Shown here: in pieces, positions 36,501 through 50,500 of the stretch | Layout of the letters: each line of letters starts with the position of its first letter | Position numbering within the stretch: the stretch's first letter is position 1 | Assembly (NCBI GenBank): GCA_016748015.1 | Contig: JAAOMT010000503.1 | Coordinates: 335,669-398,898, forward strand | DNA length: 63,230 bases | Direction: 5' to 3' | From: Geosiphon pyriformis uo1 | Taxonomy: Eukaryota > Fungi > Glomeromycota | Made by a program: the position numbers and the translations under genes | The notes under the pieces: generated by a model | The model's database searches: none | What the model was told of the DNA's origin: nothing | Seen by the model: the letters and a program-made list of their open reading frames with translations, nothing else

Positions 36501-39500
36501 TGCCAGCCCAGTTTTTTTTGTAATTATTTCTCAATGAATAAATTGGTCTGAAAAATAGCTATATGTAATGTTCAGAGTATCAATATTCTTGTCAAGTAAA
36601 AAGATGTTATTTGTTAGCATAAAGATTTAGAAAATATGATTTCAATTATTACAGAAATAAAATTAAGGTCTAACATCAGACCATAAATTATAAATAAGTT
36701 TAATGGAGTTAGAATCTTCTTATCAAGTTTAAACAAAAAGTTCTTTGGTGTTGAGAAGGCAATTATTATAAACAGTTCTTTTGTGCATCATGTTTTTAAG
36801 ATTAAAAAAGTTTCCAATTAAGTTATTTTAGTATGACTTCTTTTTAAGGACAAGTTTTCTGTTTCAATTCTGAATTTATATGCTGATGCTTTTGTTGAAA
36901 TTAGATTTAGTTTGGCTTCAGAAATCAACTTTTTTATAGTTAAAACAGTCAACTCCAACAGTTTTGTGGTCTTAGATAAGAATTTTGATAAGGATGAATC
37001 TAAAAAAAGTGCAAGTTTCAGGTTTTGTTTAAATTTGAGTCTAGTCAATTTATTTAATAAATGTCTTTTAGCTAAGATCTTTACTTAAAGCAATTTGAAA
37101 GATGTTAAAAAAATTATTGATTATATTTTGGTAAGTAGGAGGCTGTTATTTGCTATTGTAAACTTTGAAGTCAATTTCACATTTGAGTTTTTTGATACTA
37201 ATCACAAGACTGTCTCAGTTTTAATTGGTTTGAGTAGTCTTTTGGATGTTTAATTGAATAGTATGCACAAGCAAGCCAATAAAAACCACTGGAAATTCAG
37301 AATAAAAGACATAAATAAAGTCAAGTTGGCTTGTTTTAAGGAGTGCTCTTTTAATCAATTGTTAACTTTGGTCAATATATTTATGAAAATAAAGACTGCT
37401 GGAGATTTAGATTTAATGTGAGAAGTGTTGAGAAAGATAGTAGTGGATTTAGCTAATGAAGTTTTCTTTAGACATTGGTTCAGTGTTTTTGATTGCTTAA
37501 GAAACAAATATTTATCAAGATTTTTCAAGTTGAAATTACTGGCTATTAAGGTGGTTAAAGCTCTAAGATTAGAAGATATGCTTAAAACTAATTCTCTGAT
37601 CTATGTTTGGTTAATTGCTAACAAGAATAAGGCTTTGAAAGTGCAAAGCATAATTCAAAATAGTGCCAAATTGATGGATATTTTCAGCTGTTTGGCTAGA
37701 ATATAAAAAAATTATTACAAATTCAAAATATATGATTTTAAGGCTTTTAAAAAAGCAGCTGTCAAATACACTATTGAGAAAAAAATAAAGAACTTCAATT
37801 TAGACAAAGGTTATATAATTAAGAACATATTGGAAAAGTTCTTTCAAAAAATGGTACTGAATTATTTGATTATTGATAAAAAGTTGATTCTAGAACCTAA
37901 GAATATTATAATTAAGGTTGATATTATTATAAAAGGATGAACCAAAAAACAGATGATTCTTGGTTTTTTATCTGGACATTGGGCCAATTAATATGTTTTC
38001 TTGAGTTATATAGATGATAATGCATTCTTAGGTGTTATAGACATTATTAATTTTAAGAATTTGGTGTGAATGGTCAAAGATTTGCTTGATAAAAAAACTG
38101 CTGGACTTAGTAATATTCTTAATAAATTGTGGAAACATAATAGTGAGAATGTTCTTGAATGTTTTTTGGATCTTTTGAATAAGTATTTGATTTTGGGTAG
38201 AGTTTCAACTTTGTGGAAAAGAGTGTAGGTTTTGATAATATCTAAGTTTTATGAGTGGAATGGAATTTTAACAAATATTCATTCTATTGCTCTAATTGAG
38301 ATGGCCAGAAAGATTCTTTCTAAGATTCTTTCTAACTGAATTTCTTTTGTTTGTAACTAATTTGGTGTGTTTTATGGGGACAACTTCTCTGTCTTAAGAA
38401 GTATTTTGACACAGTTGTCTATTTTTACTATTGGGTTTGTAATTAAAAATACTTTGAAAAAGAATAGAAAAGTTTGGTTGGTTTTGCAGGATATGTGAAA
38501 GACATATAATTCTGTTGGTTAAACTTAGTTGAAGACTAATTTGGGGCATATTAAGATATGAAATAAGTTTATTAGTTTTTTTGGCTCTATTTATAGGGGT
38601 AGAATAAATAGAATAATAATAAATTTTGGTCTTTTTAATGGTTATTAGGTGGATAATGACTTGAATTAGGATAAAATGTTTTCCCCTTTTCTTTGGAGAA
38701 TCTTTTATGACTCTTTTTTGTGTGAGATAAAAAGACATGAACATTTGTGTAGATACTATATTGACATTAGGTTTGTAAAATTAAGGCCAAAGAAAAAAAA
38801 ACTTTTTTTTTTGCAGTTGGTGCTTTCATTAATAATACTATCTAGATAGAAAATAATTAGGCTTCTACACAATATATATTGAACATTGCCAGTAAATTTT
38901 TTTCAATAAATAATATTTTAATCAACAATAATAAAACCATGGCTATTTCTATTAACTGTAGGATCAAAAATGCTGTTTTAAGAATCTGTGGTTTATTGAT
39001 TTTGATTGTTAATAGGAGAGAATCACATAAGTACTTGGAGATTTTTTTGTCAACTAATAATCTGTTTAAGTCTAGCTTGGTTAAGACTTATTCTGATGTT
39101 AGATTTTTCTCTAATATGGTGTTAAGAAAAACAGTTACAGACAAACAGTTCTCATATTTGGTTTTAGCAGTTTTACAGTCTATTGTTGACTACTGGTCTC
39201 AATTTAATTTTGTTTCATCCAGTATTTATTATAAATAGAATACTACAGTATGATTAAAAAAAATTTTAAGTTGAAGACCAATTTGCTAAAAAACTTTCTC
39301 AATAAAGTTCTTTACCATCTGTGTCTGAATTATTTGAAGCCTTTCAAACAAGTTTAGACTGAAGAGAAATTGGTCTTTTTGGTCATGTTTTTCAATTTCT
39401 CAGGTATTTTTGGCTATTTATTTAATCACAGGTTTTTGGATTTACAAGTTTTGAGATGGGCTTTTTTGAATCTTCTGTAGTTTTTTGTTAAACTGTGTGT

Positions 39501-41350
39501 TAACTCAATAAACAATTTTTTGGCTAGAATAATGAGAATTCTTTTGCTTAATGAGATGTTTATTACAAACAATCTTTCCAATACATTCTACAATTCAGGG
39601 AAATTTTTAATGTCAAACATTCTAGGTAGAACTTTGTACTATAATTTAGTGTACTTTTTAAGGCAATTTGGTGCCATATTTGGTAACAAACTTTTGGACA
39701 AAAAAAGTAATATAATAGATTGGAAGATCTTTTAGCATTAAAAGAGATTGGATTCCAAAAATCCAGTGTTTTGTTGGTTTAATCTGGCTTCAAAATTTTT
39801 GCATAATAAAAGTATATTGAATGTGGTCTTTTTAGAGGTTAATAATAGTTTGAATGTGAATGTTTTGGAATTTGCTGGGTTTTTTAAAGTGCATAAAAGT
39901 TTGTTTAAAGTCTGGTTAGATACTATTAACATATACATAAATAATTTACTAAGGAACTTGGGCTTGGTTGAGATTACTGGTGGGACTACAGCATATTTTC
40001 TAGCTGTGAATTTGGGTGTTAATGTTATGGTTCATGGACTTTTGTCTTTTATAATAACTGAATTGCAGACTGTGGCTTTATTCTTAGAGTGCATTCTATT
40101 TTCTTGTACAATAATAGTTTATCTAGATAGTCAGACTATTATCAATGCATGTGTCTCTAAAGTTGGGTCCACTAGATTTGATTTTCACAATCAGTGCTGA
40201 ATAGAAAGGAGACATATTGCCAATTTAATAAAATTTAAGAATTTTTCAGTTTAGTGGATTAAAATTAAAGATCATTTAAGTATTCCTAATAATATTAAGA
40301 CTGACTTTATGACTAAAGTGGCTGCTTCTTTTTTTTTTTTACTGCTGTTTAAAATAAGGGAGTATTTCATTATGGCTAAAGACACAGCTGTATCTGGTAA
40401 TACTCATCATTTTGTTTGTGATATTTATAGATTAATTAATTATACTTGATAAGAGACTGGTTCTGATCATAATGTAATTTTTAGCATCTTAATTAAGGAA
40501 GTAATTGGTTGTCTACAGTACAGATTTAATATTCTGATTTTCATATGCTGTCTGAATTTACTAGCAAGAAGTCTGCCAATATGTATACCTATTTTATAAA
40601 AGTTTTGCATAGAAGATTGCTAGTGACAGTTAGAAAAAAGTTGTATGACAAATTATATACTGGGGTTTTGTGTTTGTTTTGTGAAGAAACTGAATTGCCA
40701 GATTATGTCTTTACTTGTGTTAATAATGCTAATATTCAAAGGGAAATTTTGTTAGATGCTTCTAATGTTTGGATTTTGTCAATTGAACTTTTTGGTTCTT
40801 TTTCTGTAGTCTTGGAAACTCTTTCAAAATGTTTATCAGATATAAGATTGTATACTATAATTTGTAAAAGCTTTGTGTTGAAGACATAATACAATAAGAC
40901 TAATATAATTCTTAAGGATAAAAAAAAGACTATTGCTGCAGTAATTAGTTTCATAAGACATCTAGTAAAAGAGCATTATTCCAAAGTTTGGTTTGCAAGA
41001 TATAGATATAAAGTAGATATAGAAAAGACTGGTCTGATAAGAAATAGTGGTTTGGTATCTGGTTTATCTTATGAATTGACTAGAAGCTTGTCAAATAAGA
41101 TGGTCTATTTGCTTGGCATTATTGAGTCTTTTGTTATTAACTTTAATAAGTATATGCTGTGTTTGTTTTTTTCTGATTTGAATGACTGTATTAGTGTTTA
41201 TATAAGTGTATAGTATTGTTTTGTCTGGTCTGAATGGCTAATCACATGTAGTAAATACATGAGTCACATTTAGTTAGAATTATTTGGTCTGATTTTGTAT
41301 AGTAAATAGTAATTGGGCTTCATTTATTAATCATTTAATAATAATAAAAA
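33565..41350 (+). mobile_element. Full-length, heavily decayed LINE (ORF1 + ORF2), interrupted by solo LTR 34548-35443
   Basis: ORF1 remnants (SYKKPKK, FYQVDGF, PVSFGNKIWAQV), ATGA overlap at 36534, EN/RT/RNH remnants, 3'UTR and (TAA)n tail; ends approximate. Confidence 0.88.
34548..35443 (-). mobile_element. Solo LTR, mosaic of families B (U5 side) and A (U3 side), 896 bp
   Basis: TGTTAC...GTAATA termini; TSD TTAC/TTGC; restores LINE ORF1 IFAKFGK when removed. Confidence 0.9.
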
Positions 41351-41769
41351 TCTTAAAAATCTTAAAAATCTGAATAAAAAAATAAAAAATCTTATATTTT
41401 AATATTTAAAATAATGTTAACAATTAAAAAAATTTTTAAAATACCAATTTTAATAATAAAATTTTTATAAAAACCAAAAATAATAATAATATATTTAATG
41501 ATTAAATAAAATCAGAAAACTAAAAAATAAAACAAATATAATTATATATTTGAAAAATTTGTTTACAATTTTAAAAACAATATAATTAAATAAAAGAATT
41601 TATTAACTTAGTTTTAATATATATTATTTAAAATAAAAGAATTTAAATATTATTTTTTAATTAATTAGTAAGCCAAAACAATATTTAAAAATACATATAA
41701 TTTAAAATAAACAATAAATTTTAACTAAATGTTAAAAACTTTATTAAAAATATTAAAATATTAAAATAG

Positions 41770-44533
41770 TTTTTTAAGTATTATTTTTGTTGTAAAAAAA
41801 GAATTATATAAATATTTTTGTTAATTAAGAATTTGTTTAAGCTTAGTTTAAAAAAAATATACTCAAATATTAAATTTTTTACCAATATAATATTAAAAAA
41901 AAACCATTTTAAACAAATAGTATTTTATTTAGTTTTGGTAATTTTGCAATTTATAATTAATTATAAAATTCAGTTTAATTTTATATTTAAAAATATATAT
42001 AATAAATAAAACTTGTTAATAAAAAAAAATTAAAGTTAAAATTCAATTTATCAAAAAATATTTTGACAGTATAATTTAAACCTATTTAAAGAAATTTAAT
42101 CTAAAAAAAATAATTTTAATAATATATACAAATATTAATAATATTTTCAATAAACTTTTTAATTATAAATTAACAAATTTACAAATTTAAATTAAGTATT
42201 ATAAATTTTATTTTAATATTTTATTAATTTTTTAAATAATTTTTGTAAAATATATTGTTTTTTTGTCAATAATTTAAATATATTTTATTTTAAGGATAAA
42301 ATTCTAATTATAAATATTTTAAGTTAATTTATAAATTACAAAATAATTAAATTTCTTTAAAAATTTGGTATTGTTTTATAAATTAACTATAATTTTTGTT
42401 TTTATTAAAAAAATTTTTTTTGTTAAAAAATCTTAATCTTAAAAATTTAATTCTTATTTTATTTTAAATTTTATTAAAAATAATAAATTTATAAATAAAA
42501 AAATACTTGTGTTATTTATTTATTTTTATTAATATTTGTTTAATTTTAATTGTTTTAATATAATTAAAACTAATTTAAATAAAACTTATTTAAAAGTAAT
42601 TTCAATTTTTATTAATAAATTTATTAAAAATATTAAATTTTCTAATATTATTGGCTTATTTTTTAAATTTAAATTTACAGTTTAATATTATTAATATTGA
42701 TTAAATTATAAATAATAACTTTGTGGTCTGAGTACAGGCAATGTGGCTTGCAGGGCAGCAGCTTTCTTTTCTGAGATTAGTTTGAGTATGGGAGTAAGAG
42801 TTCAGGGTTTATTATCATTCACTTTAATTGAACTATAGGCAATTGCCTTGGCATTGGAGTGCGTTCCTTCATTATGCTCTGTAGTGCTTTATTTGAATAG
42901 CCAAGCAGCTTTGGATGCTTGTGTGCAAGAAAGTAAATTATGTTAATCTGACTTTTGTAGTCATTGCTGAATAAAAAAGTGTCATATTTCTAATTTGATC
43001 AGATCAAAAGACATTTTAGTAAGATGAGTTAAGGTAAAAGGGCATTTAGGCAATGTGAACAATAATCATGTGAATGCTCTTGTTCACGCTGCAGCTCATT
43101 CCAATTTAGCTCTTCCAATCGGCATTTCTAATAGATTTCTTATGATAGATGGTCTTGCCATTTTTGGTAATGTTCAGCACTTTGTTCATAACATATATCA
43201 TGCTATAAACCAGGCTTTATGGGAGGCTGGGCCAAGAGCTAATGTTTTGGACAGTTCGGACATCCAGTGTATTGACTGGAAGTGTACTGCCTCTGTTTGG
43301 CATCCAGACTCTCATATGTTGGCAGAATTTACCAGTAGAAAATCAGCTGTATTGTGTACTTATTTGATGAAGGCTGTACATAAAAGATTGCCAGTAGCTG
43401 TTCAAAAAAGGCTGTATAACAAATGCTACCTGAGTGTTTTGTGCTTAATGTGTGAGGAAGTTGAGTTCTCTGACTATGCTTTTATGTACTCAGCTAATCT
43501 AATGGTGCGTTCTGAGGTTACTTTGGCCATGTTGACTTGTGGAAGTCCTTGATGGATGATTGTCTATCAGTTTCATTCTCAGTGTTTTTTATTCTTACAG
43601 AGGTCTTGAATGGTAGTGTGTATATCATGTTATGCAAAGATTTTGTTCTTATTGATTGGGTTAAGAAAGCTGTTGCTGTCTTTGAAGATAAAAAGAGTGC
43701 TATTCTAATTGTCGTTGATTTTGTCCATCACTTAATTAAGAGTTATTATAGTAGAGCATAGTTGTTAAGATCTAAATTTAGGGTGAACATGGAAAAAAGT
43801 GGTTTGGTTTGTGACATAGATGAAATCTTTGCTCTTCTGCGTGGTTTGTCCAGTATTCTATCCAAGGATGTGGTTCACATGCTTGGTATAATTGAGTCTT
43901 TTGCTGTTAGTTTTGGTTATAGAAGTTGGTATTTGTTTTTTTCTGGTTTAAATAATGGTGATGGGGTTTTTGTGAGTGTGTAATGCTGTCTTAATTGGCC
44001 CGAATGGTGGATCATGTGTAAAAAGCACATGAGCCATGTTTAATTTGATTTATTTTGCTTGTTTCTGTATACTAGATAGTGAGTAGACTGCACTTGTTAA
44101 TCTAATAATAATAATAAAAAAATAGCTTTAATATTTAAATATATATTAATATTTAATAAAATTGTTATTAATTTAAATAATTAAAAATTTTTAAATATAT
44201 ATATATTAAAATTATATATAATATAATTTTATTTTTATAATTGTTATTAAATTAAAAAATAACATATTAGTAATATTATTGAAAAAAAGTTTATTTATTA
44301 AATAAATTAAAATAAAAAATCATTTTAATAAATATCTGAAATATTAATTTATTAAATTGAATTATTAGTAATTTTTATATTTATTTTATAAAATTTTATT
44401 CAAAAAACTATTTATTATTAAAAAAAAACTTTATAATTTTTGTTATTCTAATATAAATTATATTTATTATAGTTTAAAAAAAAATACCAACTATGTTTTA
44501 TGTATATTTTTAATTTTGTTATAAAAAAAACTG
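41770..44533 (+). pseudogene. Ancient hyper-mutated LINE ORF2 (41770-42720 and 44121-44533) hosting younger copies
   Basis: Extremely AT-rich, but LIKNLFKLSLKKIYSNIKFFTNIILKK..FYLVLVILQFIINYKIQF aligns to LSTEGFLRPNLTKAHSDVRFFTNLVLRK..LYLVLAVLHPIIGYRTQF; resumes at 44121 as IALIFKYI..NLNN*KFLN (= IALALECV..LDSQAALD). Confidence 0.8.
42722..44120 (+). mobile_element. 5'-truncated LINE (RNase H to 3' tail)
   Basis: EL*AIALALECVP, VKGHLGN, WHPDSHMLA, CLMCEEVEFSDY, 3'UTR, (TAA)nA tail; candidate TSD AATAACTT/AATAGCTT. Confidence 0.87.
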
Positions 44534-47500
44534 GAAAAAACTTCTTTCTCTCCTTCATCCAAAATTTTGAAAGAAGTTTTTTACCATTCAGTATGATAAA
44601 TCAAAACTGTTCTTTGATTATGAGGCCACTGTTGGTCCTGTTATTGCTGTTATAAAGAAGACTATTAAAGTTTCTGGTTCTGAAGGTGGTTTCAAGGTAG
44701 TTGTGTTGAGGAAGAAGAAGAAGGAAGGTGTATTGACAGAGAGTATTGATAATAGAGGGGTTGCTGCTGAAGCTCCTGGTGCTTGTTTATGGAGTTCTGA
44801 AACAAATAACACTACTGAGTCTGAGAATATTGACATAGAGAAGGAGTGCTTAGTTGAGGAAATCAGTATTGACTATGGTGAGAGTGGTGCTTTCATGGAA
44901 GGGGATCCTGATTAAATGCCAAAGAGTTTGCATGTAAAGACCAAAAAGATGTTAGGGAAGCCTCTGGATGTGATTGATTATGGTACTGTCAATACAAATA
45001 ATGACGTGTTAGATGATTCCTTTCTTTTTCTGCCCCCTCTATCTATCAAACCATCTGTTCAAGTGCCTGTTCACAAATCTTTTGCTTTAGATATTGATTT
45101 TGTGGCTATTACTGGGAAGTTTTCTCAGGAAAAATTGAGTTTTATCAGAAAAATTTTTTCAAGTGTAAATGGTTTTGGGGGGGCTTCTACTTCCTCAAAA
45201 TTTGGTGGAGTTATTCATGTGACTTTCACTTTGGAAAAGGCAATGATGGCTGCTGGGAAGTTAGCAAATAATCATGATATTGTGGTAAACACTAATCTTA
45301 AGCATCTGGTAAACAATTGTACAAATCGGGATATTGTGATTAAAGAGATTCCTGTTGGTACATTAATTGAGGTGGTGCACGCAGCTGTTTCCGAATTTGG
45401 GTTGTTGTGTCAATCAAAATGCAGTTGGTAGGACTGTGGCAAAAAGCAATTGTTACTTTGGGAGATTCTGATCAGGCTGATTTGTTGGTATCTAAGTGGT
45501 CTATTCTTATCAGGAAAGATGCAGTCTGGGTGGCCAGAGCTGATGTTGATAAACAGACTTGGGATTCCAGAAATGAGTTTAAGACATTGCTTTACACTTT
45601 TTCTGTGGGAACCAATGCACATGATCTTTGGGATTTTATTGGTTCAGTGGGTGGAAAAACATGTGTCATCAAGCACAATTCAGTTAACTACACTTGGGTG
45701 TACTGCACCACAGTGTGTTTTGAGTCTAAAAGCAATCTGAATCAGGCTTTGGCCAACACTCTGGTGATAAAAGATGTCAGTCTCCATTGGTCATGTCTAT
45801 TTGCTGCCTTGTGTTCCTCTTGCAATTCTCTTGGTTATACATCTAGGAATTGTAAATCAGCTGATGTATCTTCGAGTCCAAAGGGCAAGAGGGCTCCTCT
45901 CTTGGCTTAGAACTGGTTTAGATTGGCAAAAATTTATGAAAGGAAGTCTGCTTCTGTTTTTCATCTTTTGGCTTTTGGTGGAAAGACTTGGGCATCAGTG
46001 GTTGGCTCTATTCCTTCAGGTATTTCTCTTGGATACAACTCTTAGCTTGGTTTTATCAGAAATGGTAAATTTCTCCCTCCAGTAGTGAATGATTTGAAAA
46101 AACATTTGGTTAGCATTAAAAGCAGTCTTGTCAGTCTCATAGAACAAATTGGTAAGTTGGCTAAAAGGTTGAAGTCATTCATGCCAGCAGTTTCCCAGTC
46201 TAGCCCTGGATGTCAGCTGCTGGTAACCTCCCCATCGCAGAATCAAGAGGAGGATATGGTAATGGGAGTGGATTCGAGTGATGCCACTAGTGACAAGACT
46301 GCTACCATTTCAGGTTCTACTGTCTCATCTGAGGTTGTGAAATTGAAAAATATGTTGAAAGGTCTCTCTGCTTCAGTCATGAGCCTATTAGCATGCTTGG
46401 ATGGTTTGGCTTTGGCAAGTGGTGTTTTTTCTCTACTTTTTTCTCAATGAGTAGTCTGGTATGGAAAATTGCCATGTGTAATGTTCGTGGGTTGAACAAT
46501 CCTGCAAAGCAAGATAATGTCATTCATTGGCACAAGGATATGAACAATTTGGTTTCTATTTTTATGAAGTCAAAGCTTAAAGGGAAAGTTTGCCCATGGT
46601 TGACTGACAAATTTGATGGTATTCGGGTTTTTACTTCTGGTCTGAATTCTGGTTTTATGGGTGCTAGTGTGTTGATCGTTGTGAATTTTTCTTTAGCAAA
46701 ACACATCTACAAGGTCTCTAAAGTGCCTGGTCAGCTTCTGTTCATCAAGTTGCTTTTCAAAAATAAACTTTCAGTGTTTATTTTGGGGCTCTATGCTGGT
46801 GCTTTATTAGTGGTTCAGTTTTTTTAGGCTAGTAAAATCAACTCTCTCATTGCTAAAGCCATTAATAAGTCTTCTTTTGTTATCCTTGGTGGTGATTTTA
46901 ATGAAAATGGTTCTCAAAAGTGTGCGAGTTTCAAAAAGTGCCTTGAGTTGGGATTAGTTAACTCTTTGATTGGAAGTCCGGCCATTAAGATGCTCACTTG
47001 GGCGAATTCTAGGGGTGTCATGAAAACTATTGATTACGTGTTTGTTTCACCAAATCTGGTCAATTTTTTGGTATATCATGGTGTTTTGGATGTCAATGAA
47101 TATTTTGATACAGACCACCAGGCTGTGTCTGTATCTATAAGCCTGAGCGGTTTATTAGATACACACTTGTTTTCTCTTTGCAAGCAGGCAAATAAAGATT
47201 ATTGGAAATTTGATGTCAAAAATACCAGTGAGGCTAAATGGCTTGAGTTTAAGGATGCTACGGCTGCTAACACTACTATGTTTCTGGGTGCATTTGGTAA
47301 TGCTGTAAAGTTTTCTGATCTTGGCGCTATGTGGGACGTTATTTACAAGATCATGGTTCTCTCAGCTGGTGGTGTTTTTAAGAGAAGATGGTTCAAAGAT
47401 TTTGATACAGTTTGCAATAAAGTGTCATCTAGGTTTCATAAGCTAGAGCTGTTGGTTTTCAAGCTGGTGAAGACTTCTTGTTTGAGTTCTAGTGTTAATT

Positions 47501-50500
47501 TTGCTTTGCTTTTGGGTATATGGGACAACCTTGACTCTGCTGGTGCTTCAACAGTAAGATTTATGTTTTCTTCTGGGGCTAAATTTGATGACATTCATTC
47601 TGCTCTGGCCAAAGCAAGGAGATCATACTGCTCTTCTAAATTGCTGAAGTCCAAGCATGCTGAAGAATCTCACATTAGGCAGGCTATTACCAATAGGATA
47701 GAGAGTTTTGAGTTAGATAAGGATTATACAATCAGAAGTGTGTTGGAATGTTCTTTTTACAAAGTGGTTTTGGACCATCTGGTCGTGGACAATGAGTTAG
47801 TTCTTGAACCTAATTTGGTTAAGTCCAAGATAAATACTATTATGGAAGGATGGACCAGGAAGTGTGTGGTGGTTGATAATATTTTTGATACTTGGTTTTG
47901 TCAATACAAACTTTTGAACTACATTTTTGATGATGCTTTTTCTGAAATAATGAGTGAAATTGATTTTAATGAGTTGCATCATGTGATTACCAGTCTTCCT
48001 AATGAGAAAGCTGCTGGTCTCTTGAGCATCTCTAATGAGCTTTAGAAACATTGTGATAAGTCGGTTTTGGATTTGCTTTTGGTTTTTTTGAACTCTTGTT
48101 TGTCTTGTGAGTTGGTATCTGGTCTTTGGAAAGAGGCTTGGGTTTCGATGATTCCCAAACCTTATAAGTAAGAAGGTGTTTCCACAAATACTCGGCCTAT
48201 TGCCTTAATCAAAACAGCTCACAAAATTCTATTCAAGATTCTTTCAGATAAGATTTTACTGGCTTGCAGCTCATATGATGTTCTGTATGATAACAATTTT
48301 TTGGTTTTAAAGGGTACAACAACTCAGTCTTCTATTTTTGCAGTTGGCTTGGTAATTAAAGATGTTTTGGAAAAAAACTGGGAACTTTGGCTTGTTTTGC
48401 AGAATATGTGAAAGGCATATAATTCGGTTGGCTGGGAGCACCTTGAGAAGAGCTTAGTTAGGATCAAAATGTGTAGTAAATTTGTTTGCTTTTTTGGTAG
48501 TATTTATAGGGACTGAACCAACTATGTTATAACAGATTTTGGTTTAACTGATAGTTACTGGGTGTTTGATGGGTTGAACCAAGGTGAAGTTTTTTCCTCT
48601 CTATTGTAGTGCATATTTTATGATCCTCTTTTGTGTGAAATTAAGTGTCAAAAGAGTGTGTATAGTTACAGGCTCAATTCTTATTTTGTTTCTGAGAGTG
48701 GTCGTATTGAGTCTCAGGCTGGGCTTTCTACTTTCCTTGCTGCTGGTGCTTTTGTTGATGATACTATTTGGGTTGGTAGCAGTCAGGCTGTCACTCAGCA
48801 TATTCTCAATATTGCTAGTGAATTTTTTTGAGTTAATGACATTTCAATTAATAATGACAAAACTGTGGCCATTCCAATCAACAGCAGGATCAGTGTTCTG
48901 TCTCTTTTTATTAGTGGTTTGCCTATTTCTATTGCCCGTAGAGGAGAACCTCACTGGTATCTCAGTATTTTTTTGTCAACTGAGGGTTTTTTAAGGCCTA
49001 ACTTGACTAAAGCACATTCAGATGTTCGTTTCTTTACTAATTTAGTTCTAAGGAAGGCAGTTTTAAATAAGCAGTTCTTGTATCTGGTGTTAGCAGTTCT
49101 CCATCCCATAATCGGCTACAGAACACAGTTTGGCTATATTCCTGTTGATGTATGTGATAAATAGGATGCTCTGATTCACAAGGGCTTGAAGCTAAAATCT
49201 AGTCTCCCAATAGACTTTTCTAGTGATACTATTTATCATCCTTTTTTTTATGGTTTAAAATCTTTTTCACAATATCAATCTGAAAGTAAAGTAGCTTCAC
49301 TTATTAGTTTTGCAAACTTTGGCGGAATCTTGGGGCATCTATTCAGTCACAGGTAATATAACTTACAGGTTCTGTATTGGTGGCCCATTCATCTTTTGAT
49401 CTCTCCTGCTTGTATTCGCGTTAGTGTTTCTAATAATTTTTTAGCTGGTATGGTTTGCATTCTCTTTGATTACAATTTGTTTTTGGGTGGCTCTTTAGCC
49501 AGTGCTTTTTGGTTTCATAATGGGGTTCCTATGTCTGTTGTTCTTGGCGAGTCTTTGTTTTTCAAGTTTTTTTCTCCAGTGTTTTGGCATTGCCTTCATG
49601 GATCAACTTTGTAATCGTCATGGCATTGTTTTTAGCTAGCACACCTTCAAGCAGTGGAAAAGACTGGACCCTTGTGACCTGGTTCCTGAATGGTTTAATC
49701 TTTCTGTTGCATTTTTTATGGCTTCTCATTCATCTTCTTTAGCCTCAGTTGGTGCTGGTTCTTTTAACTTTTATGAGTCTGATGATTTTGTGGCCACTCG
49801 TGGTCATCTTTCTCAGGTTGATGTCAATAGTTTGTCTGTATATATGGATGGTTCTTTAAAGTATTTGGGCACAGCTAATTGTAGAACTGGAGCTGCCATT
49901 TTTTTTAAAAACATTGATTTGGTTTTGGGTGTTGGGGTTCAGGGTTTAATGTTATCTACTTTAGTAGAATTACAGGCTATAGTGTTGGCTTTGGAATGTG
50001 TGTCTGCAGTTCATTCTGTTAATTTGTTTTTGGATAGTCAAGCAGCTTTAGATGCTTGTAAATCTGAGTTAAGCCTGGTTTGCCCTGACTTTTGCAATCA
50101 ATGTTGGGTCAAGCATCGGCATATTTGGAATGTTATCCACAGTAAAAATTTGAGAGTTAATTGGCACAAAGTTAAAGGCCACTCTGGCATTTTAGGGAAT
50201 GACCACACTGATAGCATTGCTGATGCTGTGTTTCTATCTGAATGGTATCTTCTTCTTTGTATGGGTGGACACTTTTTGTTGGTGGATGGTGGTATTGTTT
50301 TTGGTAATTCTAGACACTTTGTTCAGGATGTTTGTCGTGTGGTTTGTCATGTACACTGGAAGGTCAGTTCTAGTTCTGGATTTCTGGCTAGTAGTTTGTG
50401 TTCAGATGTTGACTGGCTCAGTTTTTCTAGAATTTGGCACCCTGATTTGCATATGGCCACTGGTTTCACTAGCAGGCTCACAGCTGATACTTGCACTTAT

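Noticed and set aside
41350-42720. AT-rich block as mitochondrial or Mollicutes-endosymbiont DNA insertion
   Set aside because: Most of it aligns in frame to the local LINE ORF2 by transitions alone; no organellar or bacterial gene signatures.
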